From Chrysemys picta bellii (Eukaryota), in the NCBI RefSeq assembly GCF_011386835.1, contig NC_088793.1, forward strand, positions 206,150,001-206,214,000: a DNA stretch of 64,000 bases. Direction: 5' to 3'. The translations under genes were made by a program, and so were the position numbers. The notes beneath the pieces are model-generated. The model saw nothing but the letters and a program-made list of their open reading frames with translations, did not search any database and had not been told where the DNA came from. Positions 48,558 through 60,679 of the stretch are shown one piece after another. How positions within the stretch are numbered: the stretch's first letter is position 1; the number at the start of each line of letters is the position of its first letter.

Positions 48558-50182
48558 TCAGGACACAGAGATGACGAGGCCGCAAGAGATTTCGCCCTGC
48601 GGGAGTGTTGTCCAGGTCCAGCCCGCAGAGCTACGTGAAGTGAAGCCGTGGGGTTAGCGGCGTGCAGGAACACGGACCCCAAAGGGACGGGGCAAGGAGA
48701 CGACCAGCAACTGGGACGGGACTAGCCAGCAAAGCCTCTGCCGCTCCGTCAGGCAGCCCCAGGGCCCCTCCCAGCCACACCTGGGGAGATCACAAGAAAC
48801 CACTACTCTGCTGGAGCAGTCAGACGCGCCAGACCTCTCCACCGCTCCCTGCTGCCCCCTCCCGGCAGGGCCAATGGAAGACCAGCCCCTGGGAGCTCCA
48901 CCGCACTCAGGAGCTGCCGTCAACCCACCAGGAGAGGCCGCAGAGACCAGAACCAATGGGGATGGAGAGGTGCCGCCGGGCACGGGAACTGGCCGACAGC
49001 CATAGACCAGTGGCCCGTCTGAGTGAGACCCAGATCTCCCGTCGTACCCCTGGGGCTCCCAGCCCGAGTGGTGCTACTAACCCAGCGTCACACCCCACTC
49101 CCAGTGCCCAGGGGGCTGTAACTGACCCTGCTCCGTCCGCACACAGCCAGCCGAGCAGATTCCCAGCACCGCCAGCCCCAGCGCCCAGATCAGGCCCATC
49201 CACTGGGTTTGGAGCTGGGGGGGGTCCCAATTTCCAGCTTTTCTCTGCAGCGGGGGGGCTGGAGCCTCACTCGGGAAGTGACAGGTGGGATTCTCATGGA
49301 ATCACCTGCCCCCAGAAGCTGCGGCTTTAAGGAGCAGCCCAGTCGTGCCGAGATCTGGTGCCAGCGCCGTCACTAAGCACAGACCCAGCGCCCTGCACAC
49401 CCGGCCGGCTGCCAGCACGGATGTACATGCTGCTCCCAGTAGGAACGCGCAGGCCTGCCTGTCTGCCCCGCCCACCCCCCCGCCCCTCCCCAATGACCTC
49501 CTGGGACTCAGCGCTGCCTCGGGGGCTGGAAGGCGGCTCCTCTCGGTCCCTCCTCTGCTCTATGGCCACTGTGCAGCAGAGACTAGCACAATCCAAGCTA
49601 GGCACATGGCCCGGCCCAGACAGCGCCTCTGGGTTCTGGCTAGAGGTTTCCCAGGACAGCTCACTCGGGCGTGGGCCAGGTGGGTAACAGGTCTGGGGAA
49701 GCAGAGGGCGGGAGGGTGGCAGGGTCTAGCAGCAGAAAGGGCAGCAGCTAGGACAAGGCAGACTGTGCCAGGCCTGCACGGGGTGGACGAGGAGCAGGAC
49801 AGGAGGGGAAGCCAGGACTTAGCCACTGGGGTGTCTTGCACCACCCCCTGGAGCAGCTGGTCCTGGCCAGCGTTGGAGACGGACCCTGAGCTCGGGGCCC
49901 TGCCCTGCTCCTGCCCCCTCCTAGGAGAGCCCTGGTGACGTGCCCGCCAGGACAGGGCCTACAGGCCTGGGGCTGGCGACTCCCTGCACCTCGGGTGCTG
50001 CCTGCCCCAATTTCAAGGCAGTCGTGGCCCCGCCGGCCTGGGCCGGGCTGCTCCAGCTCCACACTGACCAGCAGAGGTGGGCGCTGGCAGGTGCGAAGCT
50101 CTCAGCCTGCGCCCGCCCTGCTAGGGAGCCCCCAAGCCACAGGACCCCCTCTCCTGTCCGGGGCGGCCTGGGCCACACTCAC

Positions 50183-50288
50183 CGTATTGAGCTCGGTGCT
50201 GATGCTGGCCGGGTTCTCTCCTCCCATGACCACGATCCGGGCTGGCATGTAGCTGGAATCCTCGCTGGCCACCAGCAGGCTCATCTGT
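50183..50288 (-). CDS. CUL9: CUL9 exon 12/36, DOC ([20 protein letters not shown]...ELNT)
   Basis: 106 nt, donor ACG|gtgagt. Confidence 0.96.
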
Positions 50289-50963
50289 CTGCAGCCGGGG
50301 AGAGCCACAGCGTCGGCACTGGCCCATTTCTGGGCTGTGCTCCAGGCCGGAGCCTACGGTGCCCGTCCCGAGGGGCACGTCCGCCAGCGGGCTCAGAGCC
50401 TCGCATGGCCGCCGGTCCTAAAGGGAGCCCCTGAGCCCCTGACCCCAGCTCCTGGGGGGCTGCACCTGGCGCTGCATTGCTCTGGGCCAACAGTGCCAAC
50501 AGCCATCCCAGCAGGGCGTATGGCGCCCGTGGACACAGACGAGGGCCCTGCATGGCTGGCTACTGGAAAGGAAACCCACCCCAGCCAGGAACCAGCATGT
50601 GCAGCCCCCCTGTGCCACCCCGGGCACCCTGCCATCCCTCGCCACATTGTTACCTGGGCCCAACCCCCCGCCATCCCCGGGACACCCTGGGCAACAGCCA
50701 CCCCCGTGCCCACCTGATCCCACCCCCATCCCCGGGACACCCTGGGCAGCCAGCCACCCCCTGCCCACCTGATCCCACCCCCATCCCTGGGAACACCCCT
50801 GTGCCACCTCATGCACCCTGCCACCCCTTGCCCAATGCTTACCCCACCCCAAAGCCCCCCCACTCCCACCTGATCCCTCCCGCAGCCCCGGGACATGCTC
50901 TTTGCCGCCCGGCCCACACAGCCATACCCCCCCGGGGGCCAGTACCCACAGCCCCCGCCCCAC

Positions 50964-51135
50964 CTGACCACCACGCCGCGGTGCATGTAGATGTTGATGT
51001 AGTGCGAGCCGGTGCTGCCGTTGGACTCCCAGTAGGTCTTGGGGTTCCTGTCCGTCAGCTTGTTGGCTCGGTGGGAGTTCGAGGAAACCTCCAGCTTCTC
51101 CCAGCACTTGTCCTCCTTCACTTCCACGCTGGAGC
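50964..51135 (-). CDS. CUL9: CUL9 exon 11/36, DOC/APC10 domain ([13 protein letters not shown]...GVVV)
   Basis: 172 nt, donor AG|gtgggg. Confidence 0.96.
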
Positions 51136-51222
51136 CTGCAGGGAGAGGGGACAGCGCTGAAGGGAGCTGGGCGGGGGCACAGCTGGGGCAGGGGGGCCCC
51201 GGGCGACACCCCCAGCACTGAC

Positions 51223-51313
51223 CCTGGCAGAGGTTGCGCAGGAAGACGTCGAAGAAGGGGATGTTGATGGGCTGGTGACTCCGTCTATGCTCCTCAATCT
51301 GACCCAGCACCAT
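51223..51313 (-). CDS. CUL9: CUL9 exon 10/36 ([11 protein letters not shown]...RNLCQ)
   Basis: 91 nt, donor G|gtcagt. Confidence 0.95.
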
Positions 51314-51603
51314 CTGGAAGAGAAGAGGGCGCAAACCATCAATGGGGGGGACCTGGCAGCCCCCTCCCCCACTGCCCGATCGCTGGACCCTGGGCAGCAA
51401 CCAGCCCCCGAGGAACGCAGCCCCACAGGTGGGGAGGGGGGAACTGAGTGAACTGGGTCCAGAGAGAGCCTCTGCCCCATGGCCACTCCCCCCACTTCAC
51501 ACACCACCATCCCCTCCCTGCCCACACCCTTCCAGAGACTACCAACCCCTCTCCCCACCTGCAGACCACTCCCTGGTCACCCCTTCCAGAGACCACCAAC
51601 CTC

Positions 51604-52675
51604 TGAGACACCCTGTACCCCATGTTCACCACTTGTATATGGTTATATTTTGTACAAAGTACACCTTGTGAAGTATCATTTGAAAATTCATAAACTGCTG
51701 AATATCATTGTCCTGTTAAGATGTGTTTAACAACACTGTGTGTAAAGCTAGGAGATTTTACTGCATGATTGTTACTGAAATAAGGTGCCGTTTTGGGTAA
51801 CGCCCACAAACTAATTGTTCAGAGACAAAGATGCCCTAGCACGCCAGCAAAGTACCAAAGAGCCGTTAAGTACTAAATCAGACATTCACCAGCTGGGGGT
51901 GAGAGGAGGGAAACAAGGAAGTTACAATTCATCAGGAGGGCAGTTTGGAGCTCAGGTACGCAACAGCACTGCCCGACCCCATGACCCAGCATGGATTTTT
52001 CCAGCATAAAGGGCAGGAGTATAAGAAAGGGGGAAATGTCCCGCGCCCCCCTCTCCTCTGTCCATCTCTCTGCTCATGACAACAATGACACACAAGGAGC
52101 TGAACAAAGGGGGAAGTGGTCCCAGGCTGGGAAAAGACACAGCCTGTGAAACGTGTTGCAGTTGCTGGGGAGAAAAACCTCCTTCTTTTGCTTTTAAACC
52201 TACTAGTCCTGGTAAAGTTTAGGAATTCGCTTGTGTGTTTCTCCTTTTATTCCTTTTGTGACCAGTTCTGACTGTTCTGCCTTCCCACCTGTGTCACTTA
52301 AAATCCACCCTTCTCTGGTTAATAGACTTGTCTCATGGCTCTATCTAAACCCGTGTGTTTGACTGGCGTGTTTGGGAAACCTCTGCTTGAGACACCAAAG
52401 GCTGGCGCATGATCTCCAGAGCTGGAATGACGAGTGAGGAGCTTACGCTGCCCGGGAGGGTTCGGCGCAGTGCAAGAGGCAAGGCTGGGGCGGGGGCTCT
52501 GCGGGTGTCGCCCTGTATGTAATTCATGGACAGCTGGGCACAGCAGCACGTACTCAGCTGGGAGTGAGCAGAGCCTGCACCGGTGGCTGTTCCCAGCAAA
52601 GCAGTGTAAAAGGCGTCCCAGGCGGGAGAGCTAAGGGGACCCCGCAGTCCAGGCTGCACCATGGGGAAAGTCACC
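51604..52675 (+). mobile_element. Solo LTR, about 1070 bp, antisense to CUL9
   Basis: tgagacaccctgtacccc...gtcac termini; tataag (about 52020); approximate cctc flanks. Confidence 0.75.
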
Positions 52676-52884
52676 CCCTCCCTCTCGCCAGGCCACCCCC
52701 TGCAGAGACCACCAGCCCCTCCCCACAGACAAACATCCTGCCCTCCTCCCTCCCCCTCCCTTCAGAGATAGCCTGGGGCCCCCGGCTGCTCTCGACCCGG
52801 ATCAGCGCCCCGGCAGGCAGAGGTTCCACCCACCCATCGGGCAGGCCGCCCCAGGCGGGGGTGGGTGTCTCCCTCACGGCAGAG

Positions 52885-53001
52885 CCCCTGTTCACCTGGG
52901 CGGGGTCAGGACGCACACCCCACACCGAGCACGTGCCCCTGTTCACCTGGGCGGGGTCAGGACGCACACCCCACACCGAGCACGTGCCCCGGCTCACCTG
53001 G
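52885..53001. repeat. 51-bp tandem repeat containing splice-donor copies
   Basis: ttcacctgggcggggtcaggacgcacaccccacaccgagcacgtgcccc x2. Confidence 0.95.
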
Positions 53002-53225
53002 ATGCAGCCGGCCAGGATGCTGGTGGTCAGCTTCTGATAGAGGCTGGCGTATTTCTCACAGTCGGTCACCAGGTCCCGCAGCTCCGACCCCAGCAGCAGG
53101 TTGGAGTTGTGCTTGTCCAGGGCTTTGGAGAGGGCCTCCTTGGTGCCCAGGCGGCACATCACCACGGCGCAGTCCTTGTTGGTGGTGGCCAGGCGGTGGA
53201 GGAAGCGAACGAACTCCTGCACCAC
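52998..53225 (-). CDS. CUL9: CUL9 exon 9/36 (VVQEFVRFL...ILAGCIQ)
   Basis: 228 nt, donor CAG|gtgagc. Confidence 0.95.
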
Positions 53226-53680
53226 CTGCAGAGGGAGCAGCGCGGCCTGGGGGTTGGGGCACCGGCCTGGGAGCCAGGAGACCTGCTTCTAGTCCCACCT
53301 CTGCCAGGGGGCTGGGGCGAGTCCCTGCTCTCCCTGGGCCTCCGCCCGTCTGGGCTATGGGGAGTGCAGCTCCCAGGGGCAGGGCGGCTCCCAGCTCCTG
53401 CGAGGCCCGGGCTAGAGTCTGACAGAACAGAGACAGGCCAAAGCCCTGGCCTGGGGGGCACTGAGTAAAAGGGTGATGCCGGGGGCCACAGGCCCAGCTT
53501 CCCCGGGACAGGCCTGGCGCAGATCAGGGCTGTTACGAGCCAAGGCACCGGGCAGAGACTTCACCAGCAATTCCTGCCATGAGCCCGTAACTCGGGCCGA
53601 GCGAGGAGTCCCTCCCTGCCCCCACGTCCTGCTCCCAGACTCCCCCCTTCCCCCCGACAGGGTCCCCCCAGCCCCCTCAC

Positions 53681-53786
53681 CTCCCGCTCGGTGCTGGGGG
53701 CGCTCATGGAGGATAGACAGGGCTCGATGCTCTCGTGCCAGGGCAGCGCCTCCTCCTGGTAACTGTCCAGGAGCTTGTTCAAAATC
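53681..53786 (-). CDS. CUL9: CUL9 exon 8/36 (ILNKLLDSY...STERE)
   Basis: 106 nt, donor GAG|gtgagg. Confidence 0.93.
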
Positions 53787-54249
53787 CTGCACAAGAGACG
53801 GGGGAAGGTGGGGCCTGAGGGGAGAGGCCGGCGGCTGCCAGAGCCCCGAGCCCCCCCGTGTGCCCGGCCCTCTGGCTGCACGGGCCACTCTCACCCCATG
53901 CCTGCCCCCGCCCCTCATGACCCTCACCCCATCCCTCCCCACTGCCTTGGGAAATCCCAACTCCCACCCCCTCACCTCGGGAAACCCCAACTGACCCCCG
54001 AAAACACCCCCCCAACAGCCCCAACCAACCCCGACCCCCCAAAACACCCCCCAGGACAGCCCCAACCAACCCTGACCACCAAAACAGCCACCCCCAGCCC
54101 CAGGAGAGCCCCAACCAGACACGCCCCCGCATTGGCTCCCATTCCAACCTGGGACATCCCAGCCACACTCTCGCAGCACAACCCACGGATCCCTGGCCAA
54201 GGTCCCCCTCCCCCGGTGTCACACGAGGCTCCCTGGCCCCCTCCTCCCC

Positions 54250-54452
54250 CACCAGTGTCATGAGGACCCCACCGCCCCCTTCCCCCACCAGTGTCACCTG
54301 AGGATCCCAGCCCCCCCCTTTTCCCCACAGTGTCACCCCAGGATCCCCGGCCGCCCCCCACCCCCAGTGTCCCCGAGGACCCAGCCACGCGCCCCCCCCC
54401 CAGTGTCCCCGAGGACCCAGCCGCCCCCCCCCCAGTGTCCCCGAGGACCCGG
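54250..54452. repeat. About 30-bp GC-rich minisatellite (cagtgtccccgaggacccagccgccccccc)
   Basis: Five to six copies next to donor 54470. Confidence 0.88.
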
Positions 54453-54469
54453 CCGCGCCCCGCACTCAC

Positions 54470-54704
54470 CGGAGGGTCCCCAGCTGCACGGCCTTCTCGG
54501 CCCCCAGCTGCTCCAGGCTGCGCAGCAGCAGCAGGAAGGGCTGGCGGTCCCGCAGGGCCTCGGCCCCCTCGCTCTCGGGGCCGGCCTCGTCGCAGACGCA
54601 GCGCTCCAGGGCCAGCACCAGCTCCTTGGAGAGGCTGCCCTCCTGCAGGCGGCCCAGCAGCGTCTGCACGTCCACGTCCTTCAGCTCCAGGGCTGAGCCC
54701 GCCT
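54470..54704 (-). CDS. CUL9: CUL9 exon 7/36 (AGSALELKD...QLGTLR)
   Basis: 235 nt, donor CG|gtgagt. Confidence 0.9.
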
Positions 54705-54834
54705 CTGCCACAGGGAGAGAGCCGTGGGGCCGGGGCAGGAGCAGGGCACTGCATGCTGCCGGCTGCACGCTCGCAGGCAGTGTGGGGCTGGGGGCACCAG
54801 GTGCCCTGAACCCCCGTCCTCAGGCTCTCAGATG

Positions 54835-55215
54835 GGGTTGTGGGTGGGGGGCAGGGGGCTCCGCACCTGCCGTTCCCAGGCTCTCAGACACGGGCTGTGG
54901 AGGGGAAGGGGTTGGGGGCTCCGTGCCTGCCATTCCCAGGCTCATAGGCGGGGCTGGGCAGGGGCAGGTGGGGGGTATGGGGCTCCATACCTGCCGTTCC
55001 CAGGCTCTCAGACAGGGGCTGTGTGTCTGTGTGTGTTGGGGGGGGTTGCGGAGCAACGCTGCATAGGAGCCGTCCTCAGGCTCGTAGGTTGGGGGGTAGG
55101 GGGGCAGGGGCTGTGGCGGTGGTTGTGGGGCATGGGGCTCTGTACCTGCTGTTCCCACATCCTCAGACAGAGGCTGTCACGGGGGTGGGGTGGGGGGGCT
55201 CTGTACCTGCTGTGT
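54835..55215. repeat. Degenerate 60-65-bp minisatellite (ggggctc..(g/t)acctgc.gttcccaggctctcaga)
   Basis: About five copies, including a donor copy at 55146. Confidence 0.82.
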
Positions 55216-55433
55216 CCAGGTTCGTGGGGAGCTGGTGCTCCGCCAGGCGGCCGAGCGCGATCTGGGCCAGCGTCTCGGTGGCGTGGCTGGGGGCGGTGGG
55301 GTCCTGGCCCCCCTGGCAGCAGCTCTGCAGGGCCGAGTGGATGTCACAGCTCACCAGCTGCTCGGCCAGGCCCCGGTGGCTGTCGATCAGCAGGCCGGCC
55401 ACCAGCAGGCCGTTCTGCACGGCCGACGAGGCC
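55207..55433 (-). CDS. CUL9: CUL9 exon 6/36 (ASSAVQNGLL...NLDTA)
   Basis: 227 nt, donor G|gtacag. Confidence 0.88.
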
Positions 55434-55617
55434 CTGCGGGACAGAGCGCCAGGGTGAGCGCCCGCGGGCACCAGCCGCTGCTCCTCCTCAGTGGGTCTGT
55501 GGGGCGACGGCACCCACTGCCAGCAAGGTCCCCCCCAGCCAGACACCCCCCCCGAGCCTCCAGGGAACTGTCCCCCAACACTGCCCCCATGGAAATGACC
55601 CCGCTCAGCCCCCATAC

Positions 55618-55811
55618 CCAGCGGTGCCCTGCATGGTGCGGATGGCGGCAGGCAGGGCGCAGAGCAGGCTGTCCGAGTCCTTGCTGGAGGCGGAGCCAAT
55701 GCTGGCGAAGATCTCCCACATCATCGGGGCATCGGCGTGGTTCAGGGGATAGGGCTTCTCGCTGGCACCCAGCAGCTCGCAGGTCCCGGCGCCCACCAGC
55801 ACCTTCAGAGC
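55618..55811 (-). CDS. CUL9: CUL9 exon 5/36 (ALKVLVGA...MQGTAG)
   Basis: 194 nt, donor GG|gtatgg. Confidence 0.92.
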
Positions 55812-56038
55812 CTGGGAGGCCAAGGGAGCCAGTCAGGGAGGAGAGCCGGCGGCACCAGCCCCAGGCCGAGAACACAAGGCTGCCCAACGCATCCTGGCAT
55901 CCCCCTGGGATCCCCGCACTGGCCACCCCACCCCGCCCTCTCCCACGCAGGATCCCGGCATGTCCCCACCACCTCCCCGTGAGCCGCACTTCTCCCCCAG
56001 ACAGATGTCCGGCCCCGCGGCTGCCGGCGTGCACTCAC

Positions 56039-56246
56039 CGCCAGGCCGGCCTGCTGGACCAGCGCCGAGGGGGCGTACTCCTGCATGCAGGCCAGCACGG
56101 CACGCACCCCGCCCTCCGTGGCGAAGAGCACGCGCCAGTCGTACTTGGCCATCAGCACGCAGAGCAGGCGCAGCGCCAGTACCACCAGCAGCTTCTCCTT
56201 CACCTGGTTGGTCAGCAGCTCCACCAGCATCTTCACCAGCTTCTCC
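56039..56246 (-). CDS. CUL9: CUL9 exon 4/36, ARM-like (EKLVKMLVELL...QQAGLA)
   Basis: 208 nt, donor GCG|gtgagt; YDWRVLFATEGGVRAVLACMQE is a CUL7/9 motif. Confidence 0.95.
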
Positions 56247-56369
56247 CTGAGGGGAGCAACGGCGGGCGGGTGAGGAGCCGGGCTTCGGCAACCGGGGACT
56301 GACCTGCTGCGTGGCTCCAGGTCAGCTCTGGCCCAGAAACCAGACCCCCGGGCTCCCTACGGGCCTCCC

Positions 56370-56700
56370 ACTCCTCCTGGCCCCACCCCGTCCCCCACTC
56401 CCCAAACCCTCACAGGAGTCCCAGCAGGGCAGCCAGGTTTGATTTCCAGCTATCCAGAGGTGCAGAATCCACCCCTGCCATGGGAGTTTCTTCCAGTTCA
56501 TCACCCTCCTTGGTAAACATCTGGGCCTTACATCTCACAGGCATGTGTCTGGCTTCAGCTCCAGCCACCGGTTCTGGTTCTGCCCATCTCTGCTAGACTA
56601 ACGGGCCCGTTAGCACTAGTGTTTTCTCCCCAGAAAGGTCCTTGCGCATCATGATCTAGTCACCCCTTGGTCGGCCGGTGTCCGCACTTGGTACAGGGAA
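56370..56700 (-). mobile_element. CR1 3' fragment
   Basis: tcatgatctagtcaccccttgg and gttttctccccagaaagg antisense CR1 pattern. Confidence 0.55.
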
Positions 56701-57463
56701 ACCGGACAGGGGTCAGAAACGAGCTGCAAGGACCCAGGGCTGGAAAACCTGCCTCACAACAAGCGACTAAAGAAGCTGGATCCAGGCCGCTCCTCGGACG
56801 AAGGGCGAGGAGACCTGCTCGCAGTCTGTAGGCACCTGCCTGGGGAGAACACTGCTGACACGGGGGCTCTTTGATCCAGCAGACAGAGGTGGAAGGAGAA
56901 CCACGGCAAAGTTCAAATCAGAGACCTGTTTACCAGGGAGGGTGACCGGCCATGGGAACAGCTTCCCAGGGATGGGGCAAGTCTTCCACGGCTTGCGGTC
57001 GCTACGCTGGGAGGGGCCATCTGCCCAAAGCCCACCACTTACTGGGCTCCATGGTGCCACTAACCCAGGAGACTTCAGTCCCATGCAGGAGTGACGGGGT
57101 GACGCTCTCTGGCCTGCGCGATGCACAGGATCAGACCAGCCAATCACAACAGTCCCTGCCGGCCGTACAATCGGTGACATGTATCCGTTACCCCCACACA
57201 CACCCAAATCCTTTCTCCGTTGCTGTAGCTAGACCGTAAGGTTCTGGAGCCAGGACCGTGAGCACAGTCCAGGTGCCCAGCCCTGACTGGCATCCCCTGG
57301 CACTGCTCTAATAGAAACATCACCCACGGGCAATGCCCGCGCCAGAGACAGACACCGGCCACCAGCCGGCCCCTGCAGACAGGAGCAGCTGGTTTTCCTG
57401 CCCCTTCTCTCCAGGGAGGCACTGGCCTGCCACCTCCAGGTCTGGGCCCGCCAAAGAACTGAC

Positions 57464-57656
57464 CTGATGGTGAGCCCGCCCTCGGGTTTGATGACCTGCC
57501 GCTCTCGCCCGGCCTCCTCCTCCAGGGTCTTGATAATGAACCTGAGGCCAGCTAGCTGCAGTCCCACCTCGGAGCTGGACCTCTGGATCAGTTCCACCAC
57601 CTCTGCAATCCTCTCCAACGAGCTCTTCTTCCCCGACCCCTTCACGCTGCACAACA
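57464..57656 (-). CDS. CUL9: CUL9 exon 3/36 (LCSVKGSGKK...GLTIR)
   Basis: 193 nt, donor AG|gtcagt, phase 1 to 2. Confidence 0.85.
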
Positions 57657-57857
57657 CTGGCCAGGACCAAAACACCCGTCAACCCCAGGCTGCTCCACGA
57701 GCCCTCCGGCCAGCCCCTCCCCGCGGCGCTTCCCCTCCCCGAGCCAATCGCTGGGTCTCCCCTGCCCAGACCCCCCTTGGCCAGCAGGGACCCTCTTTAG
57801 CTAGAGCCCAGCACCCAGCCACGGCGACATGCAGCTCCCTCCCCGGCCGGCACGTAC

Positions 57858-58239
57858 CCTTGGCTTTCTCCTCCGCCATCTCCGGGCAGGGCAGCCCCTC
57901 CGCTCGCAGCAGCTCGCTGAACAGCTGGCAGTCGGATTTCTCCGGGGGGGCCGGGGCGGGGGCAGGCACTCTGGCAGTGGGAGGGTCTTTCTTTGGTTTC
58001 TTGGACACCAGGGATTCAGCGGACTCCGAGGGGGCCGCGTCCAGCCCTGGGCCGCCCGGCTGCGCCCCCCCTAGGCGGAGGAAGTACTTGCTGTAGACAT
58101 GGGAGCTGTGCAGGTCACTCAGGGTGCAGCCCTCGCACTGCTTGCTCAGCTCCCGCAGCACTTTCTGGGCCAGCTCCACCGGTACCGACAGCTGGATCAG
58201 GGCTTCTTCATCCAGCTCCGACAGCTGGAAATGCAGGGC
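57858..58239 (-). CDS. CUL9: CUL9 exon 2/36 (ALHFQLSEL...EMAEEKAK)
   Basis: 382 nt, donor G|gtacgt, phase 0 to 1. Confidence 0.85.
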
Positions 58240-58267
58240 CTGGGTTAATCCTCAGCGGCCCCATGTC

Positions 58268-58506
58268 CCCAGGCCAGCCAGAACCGACCCCTCGCCGGGA
58301 CGCCCCCAGGCCAGCCAGAACCGACCCCTCGCCGGGACGCCCCCAGGCCAGCCAGAACCGACCCCTCGCCGGGACGCCCCCAGGCCAGCCAGAACCGACC
58401 CCTCGCCGGGACGCCCCCAGGCCAGCCAGAACCGACCCCTCGCCGGGACGCCCCTAGGCCAGCCAGAACCGACCCCTCGCCGGGACGCCCCCAGGCCAGC
58501 CAGAAC
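58268..58506. repeat. 37-bp minisatellite, about 6 copies (aggccagccagaaccgacccctcgccgggacgccccc), with degenerate copies to about 58600
   Basis: Directly visible. Confidence 0.96.
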
Positions 58507-59009
58507 CAAACTGCAACTGGGCGAGTCCAACTGGGATATCCCCAGACCAGCCAGAACCGACCCAACACCAGGATGTCCCCAGGCCAGCCAGAACCAAACA
58601 AGCCGAATTCTCTTGTCCTACATCAATGTCCGAGTGCCTGCTGACAGCATGTCCCCATGCCTGTGACCTGCCCATCCAGAGACTGTTGGACACAGTTTCT
58701 CTACCTGGGCCTGGGCAGAGCTGGTCTCCTCTTTCGTTCCCTCCCTCTGTTCCATCCGCACTCCTTGGTCCCCCCCTCACCTGCCCTCCCGCCATCCCCA
58801 CTTACTCCCCCGGTTCAATCTCCCCTCCCAGTCTGCTCCGCTCTTCCCAAGGCTCCCCAGTTCCCTGTTCCACTCCATCCCTGCTGCCCCCATCCACTTC
58901 CATCTCCCCTCTCACCTGTTCTCCCGCTTCGCTCCATGGTATCTCTCACCTCCCAGTTCCCTATTCCCCCCAGGTCCTTCTCCCTCCCCTGCACCACCCC
59001 ATCCCACAC

Positions 59010-59200
59010 CTGCTCCTCCTGGTGCTGCCGGATGAGCTGGGCGATCTCCTGCTGCTCGTGCGGGTCTAGCTTCTTCACGAAGAAGAGCAGCTCCCACCAC
59101 TCGGCCCGGCTCAGGGCCTCCGAGTCCTCGCTCGGCCGCTCCGTCAGGTAGGGCAGGGAGTACAGCCCCCCAAGGGGCTTGCAGTAAAACGTCTGGGTCA
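59010..59200 (-). CDS. CUL9: CUL9 exon 1 of 36 in window (TQTFYCKPLGGLYSLPYL...AEWWELLFFVKKL...EEQ)
   Basis: Acceptor atgcag, donor CAG|gtgtgg, 191 nt, phase 1 to 0. Confidence 0.88.
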
Positions 59201-60679
59201 CTGCATGGGGGCACAGCAAGGCAGAGACAAACCCTGAGCGCCTCAGCAGGACAGTTACCCTGCTGCAGGGCCATCGGAGCCAGGAGGGGACAGCCGGCCT
59301 GGGCCAGTCAGGCAGCCAAGGGCCAGCATTCAAAGGGAGTTTAGTCTCTTAACAGGCTGGCCGGATTCCCAGTCTGCCATCTGCCGGCAAACAGAGCGAG
59401 CGCATGAAGCAAGAGCAGAGAACACTGGGTGGCTGTCAGGACCCGCTTAGAGCCGAGGGGAGATCCAGCAGGCATTTTAAAGAAAAGGATTGCCATTGAA
59501 ACGGATTGAAATCTGAGCTCACTCGTCACAGACAGCTGCTCAGTTCAATCCACACGCGCCAGGCGGCCGGTGGGGTGTAGCAAGAGGAGAAATTATTACA
59601 GTCCCACTCGTCATTTTGGGGACACGACACCATCACAGAGACTGACCACTGGCTACAGGACTGTCAACAAAGGAAAGGGGGCAGGAAAGGGGGGACGTCT
59701 AGGGGGTACTGTGGAGATCAGGGGTAAGTCTTACTTAACAGCCTCCCTAGCATCTGGAAGAAGGGAGTAAGCAGCATCTTAACCGGCAGGCTCTGCTCCG
59801 CTTGGGGGAGCGGAGAACGCCTGTGAGGACTGAAAAATAAAGAAGGACCTGAAGAGAACAAACATTTGCTCAGTAGAAGCACCTGCTTTTGGTGCTCAAA
59901 AACAACGGTCCCAGGGCCATACAAGGACCTTGGCAGAGAGATTTCCCGCACACCAAAACTGCAAGCATAAAAGGCCCCATTTGTTCACTGCTGTATTAAC
60001 TGGCGTGAGGGTCCTGGGCTCATCACAGTAGTGAATAGATGTGGCTTGAGGGTGGAGTACTCAGAGATCTTAGTTTCGTGTAGGCCCAGATTTGATACTG
60101 GTGGCGAGAAGGGGCGTGATTTCTACCAATATAGTTAGACCATTACACTGGTATAAGTATGCCTTATACTGGTCTAGCTCGGTCCTCTTCCCAGGCAGGA
60201 ATAAGCGATATCGGTATAAACACGTTTATCCTGGTATAACTGCATCCACACCAGGGACCGTAGCAATGTAACTCTGTCAGTATAGTTAAAGCAGTACGAT
60301 TTGTGTGTCTAGACAAGGCCTTGGTCCCTGTGGCAACAAGCATGACAAAACTGGTCCCCCCGCTGGGCTCCTAGGCACTGGATACAATGAATAATTAATA
60401 ACAATGTCAATCTTTCATTAAGCACCTAACAATCAAAACAATTCCCTTTCAAAGGTGTGAATCCTATAGGAGGCTGACTAGCATTCGCAGCTTGCCTTTC
60501 AGTCTAGGTTTAAAAACCCAGAGATTTACACACAACAAAACTGAACATCTCGGAAAGCCAAGCACTCAGAAGTTAGGAAACGCGGGAATTAAGGTTCCCT
60601 GTACAACCTTAACTCGGCCCCCTTGTGTGTTCGCATTAAGATACAGTCTTGAATTACGTGACCACATGCTGTTTTTTCC

